From an uncultured Alkaliphilus sp. (lineage in GTDB: Bacteria > Bacillota > Clostridia > Peptostreptococcales > Natronincolaceae), in the NCBI GenBank assembly GCA_964626575.1, contig CAZVFS010000001.1:20736-82813 (forward strand): 62,078 bases of DNA. Direction: 5' to 3'. Positions within the stretch are counted from its first letter, which is position 1. Every line of letters begins with the position of its first letter. Below, piece by piece: positions 47,717 through 57,360 of the stretch. The notes beneath the pieces were generated by a model. It searched no databases. It saw nothing but the letters and a program-made list of their open reading frames with translations, and was not told the origin of the DNA. The position numbers and the translations under genes were made by a program.

Positions 47717-49141
47717 TTAGATCTTTTGTCCATCATATATGTGTATATGCCTTATAACCTCAAATTTTTCAATGGTATATTCTTCATCGGTAGATATACC
47801 GCCCTTTTGAAGGGCAATGTTGATTTGTTCCTCTGCAGTGTCTACTCCTTCCAAATCAGGGAGCAATAGCCCAAGTTTAGGTCCACTCCTAACTATAACG
47901 CCATATTTTTTTGGATCGAGCTCCTCAATTGAAGCTTTAAGTGGTTCCGTAAGCACATCCACGGAAAAGTCTATATTATCCAGTTCCTCTATTTGTACGG
48001 GTAAGAATCTTGAATCATATATCCCGGCACTTACAGCGTTTTTAATGATTTCTTCACATACGTTTTCGGTAGTTGGCAAAAATGTACCTACGCATCCTCT
48101 CAAAGCACCCAACTCCTTTAACGTTACAAATACGCCCCTTCTTGTATTTTTCATTTCATCCGTTACATATGAAGGCACATCCATGTAATCACCATTAACC
48201 AGGAAATGGGTCAGGCTTTCACATGCAAGTCGTACGTGAGGATCCGCGTTCTCCACATTTGCCTTGATTTTATTTTGTATGTCTTCCAGCAGTAAATTAT
48301 GAGCGCTTTTGTCGCTTTTCTCCAAAGTAAATCCCATTACCGAATACCCTACACCGAAGGTCCCCTCATAAGACAAAAGATTACCCTTAATGTTATGTCC
48401 TTCCATTGCACCCAACATGATATAGAACGATCTGAGTCCACACTCCCCGGCTTCTTCTATAATAACGGGATCTATGTTAAATATCCCCAAAACATCTCCG
48501 CCCTCAAGAAGTGATATAATTTCTTTATCAAATTCCCCCCCATAAAGGCTATACCCATACGGTCCATCCTCAGAAAGCTTATGTGATAAATCACCGCTGG
48601 CAATAAGTACTGCATTTATATTGCTATCCTCCACAGCTTTTTTAATATTCATCCCAAATTCATAAAGTTTGATTTTAGGTAACATTCCATAGGTTATATG
48701 AACTATTTTATAATCTGAAAATTTTTTATTTATAAAATATAAAGGTATCAAAGCACCATGATCCAGTCCATATTTGACATTATATTCTTTAGCGCCATCT
48801 TCTGTTATTTTTGCAACTGAAATATTATCTTCTCTCGAATAACCGGATATTTCTTCTACTAAGGGTATGTCTATTTGCAGATCTAACTGTACCTCAGGGG
48901 CATTAAATCTGCCCATATCCCCGTATATACTCTCCCCGGCAGATACTGCAATTGCATTGCTGAATAAAGGCCCATGTGGTGTAATTATTATTATTGTATC
49001 CGGTTTAATAGCTGCTATCTGCTCAGCTATTTCATTATAAGCATCATATGTCTGTTTAATTTTTCTCTCTTCGCCTCTTCCTACTTCAGGAACTACGATT
49101 GGCGGATGAGGCATTATGTAAAAATTAGATATCTTCCCCAT
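47717..49141 (-). CDS. fusion protein: LigB-type class III extradiol dioxygenase-like domain plus AMMECR1 domain (AmmeMemoRadiSam system protein A-like)
   Basis: The N-terminal half has IMPHPPIVVPE, LDHGALIPL and SGDLSH. The C-terminal half has RRGVFVTLKELGALRGCVGTF and GLLLPD. Start at 49141 has an AAGGGTGG SD; the longest ORF starts at 49189. Confidence 0.8.
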   Translation of the reverse strand: MGKISNFYIMPHPPIVVPEVGRGEERKIKQTYDAYNEIAEQIAAIKPDTIIIITPHGPLFSNAIAVSAGESIYGDMGRFNAPEVQLDLQIDIPLVEEISGYSREDNISVAKITEDGAKEYNVKYGLDHGALIPLYFINKKFSDYKIVHITYGMLPKIKLYEFGMNIKKAVEDSNINAVLIASGDLSHKLSEDGPYGYSLYGGEFDKEIISLLEGGDVLGIFNIDPVIIEEAGECGLRSFYIMLGAMEGHNIKGNLLSYEGTFGVGYSVMGFTLEKSDKSAHNLLLEDIQNKIKANVENADPHVRLACESLTHFLVNGDYMDVPSYVTDEMKNTRRGVFVTLKELGALRGCVGTFLPTTENVCEEIIKNAVSAGIYDSRFLPVQIEELDNIDFSVDVLTEPLKASIEELDPKKYGVIVRSGPKLGLLLPDLEGVDTAEEQINIALQKGGISTDEEYTIEKFEVIRHIHIYDGQKI

Positions 49142-49298
49142 ATTAACCACCCTTATATGTTTTTTTATTATATCTTGCCAATAACCCAAGATTAATTATA
49201 TCATAATATATTTACCTAAAAAATGATATAATTATCATAAATTGAAGGAAAAGTCAAATAGGTGATATATCGCTTGTCTTGTTTCGTGTTATTATTTC

Positions 49299-52200
49299 CT
49301 ACCCAAGCTCTACTACAACATGGTGGTTCACCCTATCATCTACTAAGCTCACATATCCCTTTGTTACCATCCCGTCTACTGTCATTTTACTTACTCCTCT
49401 ATTCACTTTTCCTAAATTTTTTACTTCTATATTGTACACGGTGTTCCCGTAAATATATCTGATTCCATATTTCTCCCAATCCCCAGGTATACATGGATTT
49501 ATAAACAGCTTATCCTTCTTTACCCTAAATCCCAGTATATTTTCCAGCCCCACTCTATACATCCATCCTGCAGAGCCGGTATACCAGGTCCAACCGCCCC
49601 TTCCCAAGTGCTGAGGATTTGTATACACATCTGCAGCCACTGCATAGGGTTCCACCTTGTATTTTGCACATTCTATCAGGGACCTTGAATGATTTATCGG
49701 GTTTATCAATCTGAACAGGTTATAAGCCCTGTTCCCCTCACCCAACATGGCAAAGGCCATAATGAGCCAAGCAGCCGCATGGGTGTACTGGCCCCCATTT
49801 TCTCGTACCCCGGGAACATAGGACTTTATATACCCCGGGTCCAGATCCGTGTCATCAAAAGGCGGTGTGAGTAGGGCGACTATACCCTCCTCTTCATTCA
49901 CCAAATAATCCTCTGCAGATTTTAAGGCAATTTTTGATCTTTCTACATCTCCCAGCGTGGAAATTACAGACCAGGACTGGGCTAAGGAATCTATAATGCA
50001 TTCCCTACTTTCCTTCGAACCTATAGGTGTGCCATCATCAAAAAAGGCTCTTTTATACCATTCCCCGTCCCATGCATTAGTCTCTATGGATTCCTTAAGT
50101 TCTGACATAACTTTTTTATACCTTTCCGCTCTTTCAAAATCCATCATCTTTTCACAAACAGGTATAAATTCCTTTAATACTTTACCTAAAAACCAGCCCA
50201 TCCATACTGATTCACCTTTGCCTTCGTGTCCTATCTTGTTCATTCCATCGTTCCAGTCCCCAGAGCCCATAAGGGGCAGCCCCCTTTCCCCAAAATTTAA
50301 CGATATTTCTATAGCCCTTATGCAGTGTTCATATACGGTACCTATTTCGTCCGACTGAGACGGAACCTCATATCTCTCATGCTCTGTTTCACTCAGGACG
50401 GGACTTTCTATAAAAGGGACCTCCTCATGTAAAATTTCGTTATCTCCGGTCACCGAAATATATTCGGCTACCCCTAGAGGTATCCATAATCGGTCATCTG
50501 AGTATCTGCTCCTAACACCCTTATGGACTTCGCTTCCATGGATAGGATGCCACCAATGTTGGATATCCCCTTCTATATATTGATGTTTACAATTTCTTAT
50601 TATCTGTTTCTTGGCTTCCTCCGGCATATGATAGAGAGCATTTGTCACATCCTGCATCTGATCTCTTGCCCCGAAAGCCCCCCCTACCTGATAAAATCCG
50701 GCCCTTCCCCATACTCTGCATGCAATATTCTGGTACATCAGCCAGGAATTCATCAGATAGTTCATTGTATTGTCCGGGGTTTTCACCTGAACCCTGGCCA
50801 GCGCTTTGTTCCAGAACTCCTTTATCTCATTAAGTGCATTTTTTGAAAAATTGATATCCCTATATTTGTTTATCAATGAATAACCTTCTTCAAGGTCTTT
50901 TGCTTCCCCAAATAAAAACACTATTTCCTTTTCCTTATCGGCAGGTATATCAACCTTTATTTCTATGGCGGAGCAGGGATTATATCCTAATCCTACAGTA
51001 TCGGATAGTTTTTCCCTTTTTACACCATTCGGTTTTTCATAATTAGGGATGTGACCTATAAATTCTATCCTGTCCCCGGTATAAGACCTTATTTTTTCCG
51101 AGGTCCCCACGAATATAGTACTATTTTTAAATTCCGTATTGGTTGAATTTTTAACTGTAAATATGTCTTTTTTCATGTCCGTTTCTAACAAGTTTTCGGT
51201 TTTCTCGTCGGTAACACCTAAAACGGGCCTAATGTAATAAAATAACGTCAGTTTCCTTTCCCCTTGGGTTTTATTTTCTAATTTTATTAAGTTGATTTTA
51301 ATCCTGTCTTCCAAAGGAGTGAACAGAGTTAAACCCTGTTTTAAGCCATAACCCTGTTGGCTAAATTTACTATATCCCTGTCCATGAGTGGTTATATAAT
51401 CATTTTCCTTTCTGATAGGCATGGGTGTTATGTTCCAAACTTCCCCTGTATCGTCATCCCTTATATAAACTATTTCACCCGGCACATCAGCTATAGGGTC
51501 ATTATACCAGGGTGTCAATTTGTTTTCCCTACTATTGTCTGCCCATGTAAAGCCGGTGCCCCATTCGGTAACAATAAATCCGAATTCCTTGTTTGAAATA
51601 ACATTCACCCAGGGCAGGGGAGTATTTAAATCCCCTGTAAGTCTGATAATATATTCTTTGCCGTCCTTTGAAAACCCACCGTATCCATTGAAATAATCTA
51701 TATGTAAGGATACATTATGAGGTGCATCATGTGACAAATCATGTCCTGAATACTTTATTCCCTCCATTTTGCTAAATTCCTTATACGGGATATAGTCCTC
51801 TTTGTCTTTTTTATTAGTAAAACCTTCTTCGGCCTTTACAATAAACCTGGCCCATTTATATAAAAGCGATCTCTCTTCGTCTTCCAGGATATTTCTATTT
51901 TTAATAAATATTCCGCCATGATAATCTATGGCATTTCCCCTTTTTTCACATACTATCTCCTTTATATTTTCATGCAAAGGTTGATAATATATAGATTCAT
52001 CTTCATTTAATATAACCAGATCCACAATCAGTCCTTTATAAGACCAATATTCATGGGCGTTTATCAGTTCTATTAAATTTTTTATCCCTTCCATAGATTT
52101 TATAGTGACCAGAACTATAGGGTTGTCCCCAGAAATTCCATGAGCCCAAAGCCCTTCTTGCCCTCTTTCATTTTTTTTCAATATATCGGTATACTTAATT

Positions 52201-55200
52201 TTATTATTTTCCTTGGAATAAAACAAATACGGCAGCAGATTTTCATAAAGCCTGATGTTAGAACGGTTCAGGTTTAAATACCCAATCTCGGTTTTGGACT
52301 TGGTATTGGATAATTCTTCGGCTATTTCTATATTGTTTATATCACTGTATTTATTCAATATATCTAGTGCATCATTCTTATCACGAGTTACGGCTGTTAT
52401 ATAATATATTTCTACTTGTTCTTTTGGTTGTATTTTTATCTTTTTGCCTATACTCATTATAGGGTCCAAAACTACACCTACGGTATTTGTGAGTCCCCTA
52501 GAAAACAATGCTTTAGGTTCCTCTAGCCCATTACCCCTACCTATAAAGTTTGCTCTGTTGGTTTCGTACTGAAACTTATCGGTGTTATCCCCAAAGGACC
52601 TAACTCCATGCAAAATCCAACTGTCCCTCTTACCCTCACCCCTTTTTCTCCTGTAAGCTAATAAACCTTCTTGTTCCTCCAGCGCTTCTATCCTTATAAA
52701 CAGGTTGTTGAATGCAGGATGAGCAAGGTCTGATTCTAAACTTTCCCCTACTACTTCAAAGTAACTTACGGTTTTGAGCAGCGCCTCTTCATCCCCGTTA
52801 TTTATCAATCTCACCCTTCTGATTTCTCCTAATTCTTCCGGTAATAAAAACACATCCATCTCGGTTTCTATACTCCCATCTTTTCTATAAAAGCTGGCTT
52901 TATAGGTAGAAAACTCTACCCTATATAGTTCCGGCTCCTTATAAACAGGTGCATGGGTTGTGGACCACAACTCATGATTCCCTAAGTCTTTTATATATAT
53001 AAATTGTCCATAAGGTTTTGCCAGGTAGTCTTTTCGCCACCTGTTGATAAATAGATCTCCATCTTTAGAAAAACCCTCTCCCCTGTTTGTTATCATTAAA
53101 GTGTATGTACTGGATGTTAGAAGGTGGCACTCGATATCCTTCATATCCTCCCTTGTGTATATCCTTCTGTCCCATATCTCCTCCCTCCTTCTTATTGTGT
53201 CTATCTCCGTCAGATTTTCTCTTTCTTTTGATATTACCGGCCTTACAGGCACCCTCTCTTGTAAAAGAAATTCTCCACATTTCATTTGCGGGTCCCTATG
53301 AAATCTGTCTATCAATACATCTCTGTTGATAAAATTATTTATAGAGGCAAATATCATGCCTTGATGGTGACTCATATAAGACTTGACAATGCCCTTATCC
53401 AAATGAGCCGGAAGTCTATTTAGGGTATAATCCACAGCTTCATAAAATCCATAAGGGCCCATTAGACCTTCTTCCTCAAGTCTTTTTATATTTTCAAGTA
53501 CTTCCTTGTGATCAAACTTTAAGGCTAGGAATGTGGAATAAGGTGATATTACCAATTCATCCCTGAGCCCCCTTTTAAATCCCAACGCCGGTACACCAAA
53601 TGCTTTATATTGATAATGAAATTGACGGTCAAACGCAAAGAAGCCGGATTCGGAAATACCCCAAGGCACACCCTTGGAACCTCCGTAATTTTTTTGCATC
53701 TTTATAGATGTTTTATAGGTTTCGTCCAACAAGGTGTTCCTGTAGTTCTTTAATATCAAGGAAGGCATGAGATATTCGAACATTGTACCCGACCAAGATG
53801 CAAGAGAAATATAGCCCCCATCCATAACCAACGGCCTTCCTAAATTTCTCCAATGTTTTAGAGGTACTTCCCTTCTGGAAATAGCTATGTAACTTGCTGT
53901 TCTAGCCTCAGAGGCCAAAAGGTCATAATAACTATTCAGTACCCTATCTTCTCCCACATTGTATCCGATGTGAAATAATCCTTTGTCCTCATCATATAAA
54001 GGTGCAAACTTGGTGTTATCTATCAGATTTTCAATCCTGGCTGTCAAGGCCTGTGCGTCCTTATCCTCTACTGAAAGTTCTTCAAGATATTCCTTTAATC
54101 CCTCCTTAAGTACTATCAGATAAGATACGAGATTGCCGCTGTCAACTGTAGAAACAAATATGGGTCTTAAAGGCTCCAGTGTCTCAGTATCATACCAATT
54201 ATATAAGTGGCCTTCCCACTTCTCCATCTTCTCTAAGGTCCCTGTAGTCAACCGCACCAAGTCTACCATCTCCGGAGTAGTTATAAATCCCAAGTCTCTG
54301 CTAGAAAGTATTGACATAAGATAGAATCCTATATTAGTAGGAGAGGTCCTATTAATCGCCCCGTTATAAGGGTACTCCTGAAAGTTGTCCGGTGGCAAAT
54401 AATTATTTTTACTATCTGTAAATGTTTTATAATATTCCCAAATTTGTTTTCCGATGTCTGCAAGAAATTTTATATCTTCCTGTCTAACTTCTAAAGTTTC
54501 CGGGTCTTCCTTACTGATAATATAAGCAACCACCGGACCCCCTACCCACAACAATCCAATCACCCCGGACAGAATTAAATTATCAGGCCTGAATATATGG
54601 GTGAGAACTATCAGCAATATGGGGGAGATGATGTTTTCCTTCATTCTTCTGAAATAACTCGAAATGTCGTTTTCCAGTTTTTTTTCCATATCAAAAGCTG
54701 TAGTCCATTCGAGTAGATTCTTTTTTGAAATAAACACCCTGTACAGTGTTCTGGATATAGCATCCAACATTACCATAGCCTTATGAGGGAGAAACATAAT
54801 GAAAAAGACTCCTTGATAAATATAGGTCTTATAACCTAATATAAGGTTCCCGTTCAGTCTCATCTTCGGAATTCTGAATCCTTTATATAATATGTATTCA
54901 AGCGCCATAATCATAATAGGCAACAATATAGTAACCAGGGAAATTCCTATCCAAACAAAGGCATTTCCGGGAAAGAACACTGTACCAAAAAGTAAAATCA
55001 AAAACAAAGATATAGGAACCAAGCTCCTCCTCATGTTGTCCATGATCTTCCATTTCGAAAGAGAGGAGATCGATCCGTTTTTAAGCCACCTTATTAGCTG
55101 CCAGTCCCCCCTGGTCCATCTATGTTGTCTCATGATATAGGAACTATACTTTTCCGGATATCCATCTATTAATTCGATATCTGTGGCCAAACCAACCCTG

Positions 55201-57350
55201 ACATAACTGCCTTCTAAAAGATCGTGGCTCAGCACGGTATTTTCCGGTATCTCTTTTTTTAAACATCTTTGAAATACTTCCAGGTCATATATACCTTTAC
55301 CCGTAAATATACCCTCTCCGAACAGATCCTGGTATATATCCGAAACCGCAGTGCTATATGGGTCTATGCCCCCCATGCCGGCAAATATTCTGGTGAACAA
55401 AGATTTGTTGCTGCTTTCGATATCTACCGAAATTTTGGGTTGAATAATTCCATAGCCCTCCTTTACAACATTTTTTTCCTCATCCAATACAGCCGCATTT
55501 AGGGGATGGGAAATTGTGCCTATCAATCTTTTTGCCCCATCAATGGGTAATTTGGTATCTGCGTCCAGTGTAATAACATATTTAATCTTTAAATCGGAAA
55601 TGTCTCCGGACATCACATTAAAAGTTGTTTTTTCACTCCCTAACAGTAACTTGTTAAGTTCCACCAAGGCCCCTCTTTTTCTTTCCCAACCCATCCATTT
55701 TTCTTGGGTTTCGGAATACACTCTTTCCCTGTGAAAAAAATAAAAAATGTCCTTTTCCTTGCTATACTTTTTGTTTAGTTCATCTATAACCTCAAGGCCC
55801 CTATTTGTTATTTTTTCGTCATTTTCTGTAGCTTTCCGATCGCCATCCTTGAAGTCCCCAACTATCCCAAAATAGATATTTTCCCCCCTATTGGACAGAT
55901 AATAAACTTCTAAATTTTTTGCTAATTCCTCTACCCTGTTCTCATCAGGTAAAAGAGTAGGTATAACAACAAAGGTGCTATATTTTTCAGGAATATCATA
56001 TTTATAATCGATTTTAGGCAATATTTTTGGCTTAAATCCCCTGAAGTAAAAATAATTTAATATATTCGTTGAAATGGTCATCAGCGGAATAAATGTTACG
56101 ATAAATATCAATATACCCCAATACAAGTTTCCCATGTTACGGGCGTATCTACTAAAGAGAAATGTTAAAAGAACAGACAACAAAATAATAGGAAAATAAT
56201 AATAACCATATTTCCCCAGATGAATGCTGGTATCCTTGCTGTTATATTCAAAATAATCAAGTAATCTTTCTTTTCCTTGGTCTATTAAATAATATCCTAT
56301 ATGGGCCCTTTTATCTCTACTGCCTTTAGCCCACTCTTCCTCAGCAAATTCCAACGCTTTCTTGGATATAAAAATTTCTTGTACCTTAAATTTTTCCGCT
56401 AGCCTTTGGGTTTCATGTCTGTAATAATTTTTCGAATGATTTTCCATATTTTCATATACCCCTAACGGGTCCTCCCCAAATACCCTTTCCACTAAAGATA
56501 TAGATTTGAAAACCCTTTCCCAGTTGAGGGCAGAGGTATTTCTTATAGAACTTATTCCATAACCCAGAGACACCTTATATCTGGATTGAAGCATGTACTC
56601 CCTCTCTAATACTTCCTTCACGCTCTTGTGTACATAATTCAATCTTTTGTCAATTCTTTCTGTCACCAACTGAAATTCGCATTTATCTTCTCTTATTCTT
56701 CTGATAAATCTTTCCACCTTTGTGGAATCCATAATGTGTATATTTTCTATGATCTCTCTGAGATTTTTTTCTATGGATAAATCAATGCTATCTATTTCTT
56801 CCCAATCCTTGCTTATTTTAACAAGATTTAACACAATATTTCTGATATATTCCATCAACCCTAGGGTAAGAACAGTATAAAATCTGGCTATTTCTTCAAG
56901 GGTTAGTATTTCCTCTTTTTGAAAGTCATTTACAAACCCTATAAGGGTTTCTTCCGAAATGTTTCCTGACGAATGATATATTAACTCTAAAGCCAGAGCA
57001 TATATTCTGGGGTAGCCCTTTAAAGAATGGGTTTCTATTATGTTTAATATAACGTTTTCTTCTTTTTTTAGATCGATTTTCAGTTCCTTATAGATTAACT
57101 CAATCAGATAGAAATTGTCCAGGATCCATTCCGACCCTTGAGGTAAAGATTTACCTTTGGCTAGATCCTCATTAAATTTCAAATAGGCATTTTCTATGTC
57201 CTTAAAACTTTCGTCCAACCTGCTCAAAAGAAAACTTTTTACATTTGCTTTTTTATTCGTCCTGTACAACACGTTCGTTTTTTCCCCATGATCCAGCATA
57301 CTGTCTCTAGCTCTTGGCCACATATTGAACCCCACTCCTTTGATTTGCAT
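49299..57350 (-). CDS. cyclic beta-1,2-glucan synthase-like giant protein (membrane GT-A glycosyltransferase, (alpha/alpha)6 middle domain, GH94 phosphorylase-like C-terminal domain)
   Basis: 2683 aa. TM cluster around aa 385-450 and further TM helices after the GT domain. GT motifs VITLDADTKLP and QHRWTRGDWQ. GH94-type GSGDWNDGMN and GGQYTHAAAW. The alternative start ATG 57323 has a better SD (AAGGAGTGGGG). Confidence 0.85.
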   Translation of the reverse strand: MQIKGVGFNMWPRARDSMLDHGEKTNVLYRTNKKANVKSFLLSRLDESFKDIENAYLKFNEDLAKGKSLPQGSEWILDNFYLIELIYKELKIDLKKEENVILNIIETHSLKGYPRIYALALELIYHSSGNISEETLIGFVNDFQKEEILTLEEIARFYTVLTLGLMEYIRNIVLNLVKISKDWEEIDSIDLSIEKNLREIIENIHIMDSTKVERFIRRIREDKCEFQLVTERIDKRLNYVHKSVKEVLEREYMLQSRYKVSLGYGISSIRNTSALNWERVFKSISLVERVFGEDPLGVYENMENHSKNYYRHETQRLAEKFKVQEIFISKKALEFAEEEWAKGSRDKRAHIGYYLIDQGKERLLDYFEYNSKDTSIHLGKYGYYYFPIILLSVLLTFLFSRYARNMGNLYWGILIFIVTFIPLMTISTNILNYFYFRGFKPKILPKIDYKYDIPEKYSTFVVIPTLLPDENRVEELAKNLEVYYLSNRGENIYFGIVGDFKDGDRKATENDEKITNRGLEVIDELNKKYSKEKDIFYFFHRERVYSETQEKWMGWERKRGALVELNKLLLGSEKTTFNVMSGDISDLKIKYVITLDADTKLPIDGAKRLIGTISHPLNAAVLDEEKNVVKEGYGIIQPKISVDIESSNKSLFTRIFAGMGGIDPYSTAVSDIYQDLFGEGIFTGKGIYDLEVFQRCLKKEIPENTVLSHDLLEGSYVRVGLATDIELIDGYPEKYSSYIMRQHRWTRGDWQLIRWLKNGSISSLSKWKIMDNMRRSLVPISLFLILLFGTVFFPGNAFVWIGISLVTILLPIMIMALEYILYKGFRIPKMRLNGNLILGYKTYIYQGVFFIMFLPHKAMVMLDAISRTLYRVFISKKNLLEWTTAFDMEKKLENDISSYFRRMKENIISPILLIVLTHIFRPDNLILSGVIGLLWVGGPVVAYIISKEDPETLEVRQEDIKFLADIGKQIWEYYKTFTDSKNNYLPPDNFQEYPYNGAINRTSPTNIGFYLMSILSSRDLGFITTPEMVDLVRLTTGTLEKMEKWEGHLYNWYDTETLEPLRPIFVSTVDSGNLVSYLIVLKEGLKEYLEELSVEDKDAQALTARIENLIDNTKFAPLYDEDKGLFHIGYNVGEDRVLNSYYDLLASEARTASYIAISRREVPLKHWRNLGRPLVMDGGYISLASWSGTMFEYLMPSLILKNYRNTLLDETYKTSIKMQKNYGGSKGVPWGISESGFFAFDRQFHYQYKAFGVPALGFKRGLRDELVISPYSTFLALKFDHKEVLENIKRLEEEGLMGPYGFYEAVDYTLNRLPAHLDKGIVKSYMSHHQGMIFASINNFINRDVLIDRFHRDPQMKCGEFLLQERVPVRPVISKERENLTEIDTIRRREEIWDRRIYTREDMKDIECHLLTSSTYTLMITNRGEGFSKDGDLFINRWRKDYLAKPYGQFIYIKDLGNHELWSTTHAPVYKEPELYRVEFSTYKASFYRKDGSIETEMDVFLLPEELGEIRRVRLINNGDEEALLKTVSYFEVVGESLESDLAHPAFNNLFIRIEALEEQEGLLAYRRKRGEGKRDSWILHGVRSFGDNTDKFQYETNRANFIGRGNGLEEPKALFSRGLTNTVGVVLDPIMSIGKKIKIQPKEQVEIYYITAVTRDKNDALDILNKYSDINNIEIAEELSNTKSKTEIGYLNLNRSNIRLYENLLPYLFYSKENNKIKYTDILKKNERGQEGLWAHGISGDNPIVLVTIKSMEGIKNLIELINAHEYWSYKGLIVDLVILNEDESIYYQPLHENIKEIVCEKRGNAIDYHGGIFIKNRNILEDEERSLLYKWARFIVKAEEGFTNKKDKEDYIPYKEFSKMEGIKYSGHDLSHDAPHNVSLHIDYFNGYGGFSKDGKEYIIRLTGDLNTPLPWVNVISNKEFGFIVTEWGTGFTWADNSRENKLTPWYNDPIADVPGEIVYIRDDDTGEVWNITPMPIRKENDYITTHGQGYSKFSQQGYGLKQGLTLFTPLEDRIKINLIKLENKTQGERKLTLFYYIRPVLGVTDEKTENLLETDMKKDIFTVKNSTNTEFKNSTIFVGTSEKIRSYTGDRIEFIGHIPNYEKPNGVKREKLSDTVGLGYNPCSAIEIKVDIPADKEKEIVFLFGEAKDLEEGYSLINKYRDINFSKNALNEIKEFWNKALARVQVKTPDNTMNYLMNSWLMYQNIACRVWGRAGFYQVGGAFGARDQMQDVTNALYHMPEEAKKQIIRNCKHQYIEGDIQHWWHPIHGSEVHKGVRSRYSDDRLWIPLGVAEYISVTGDNEILHEEVPFIESPVLSETEHERYEVPSQSDEIGTVYEHCIRAIEISLNFGERGLPLMGSGDWNDGMNKIGHEGKGESVWMGWFLGKVLKEFIPVCEKMMDFERAERYKKVMSELKESIETNAWDGEWYKRAFFDDGTPIGSKESRECIIDSLAQSWSVISTLGDVERSKIALKSAEDYLVNEEEGIVALLTPPFDDTDLDPGYIKSYVPGVRENGGQYTHAAAWLIMAFAMLGEGNRAYNLFRLINPINHSRSLIECAKYKVEPYAVAADVYTNPQHLGRGGWTWYTGSAGWMYRVGLENILGFRVKKDKLFINPCIPGDWEKYGIRYIYGNTVYNIEVKNLGKVNRGVSKMTVDGMVTKGYVSLVDDRVNHHVVVELG

Positions 57351-57360
57351 AACATCTAAA

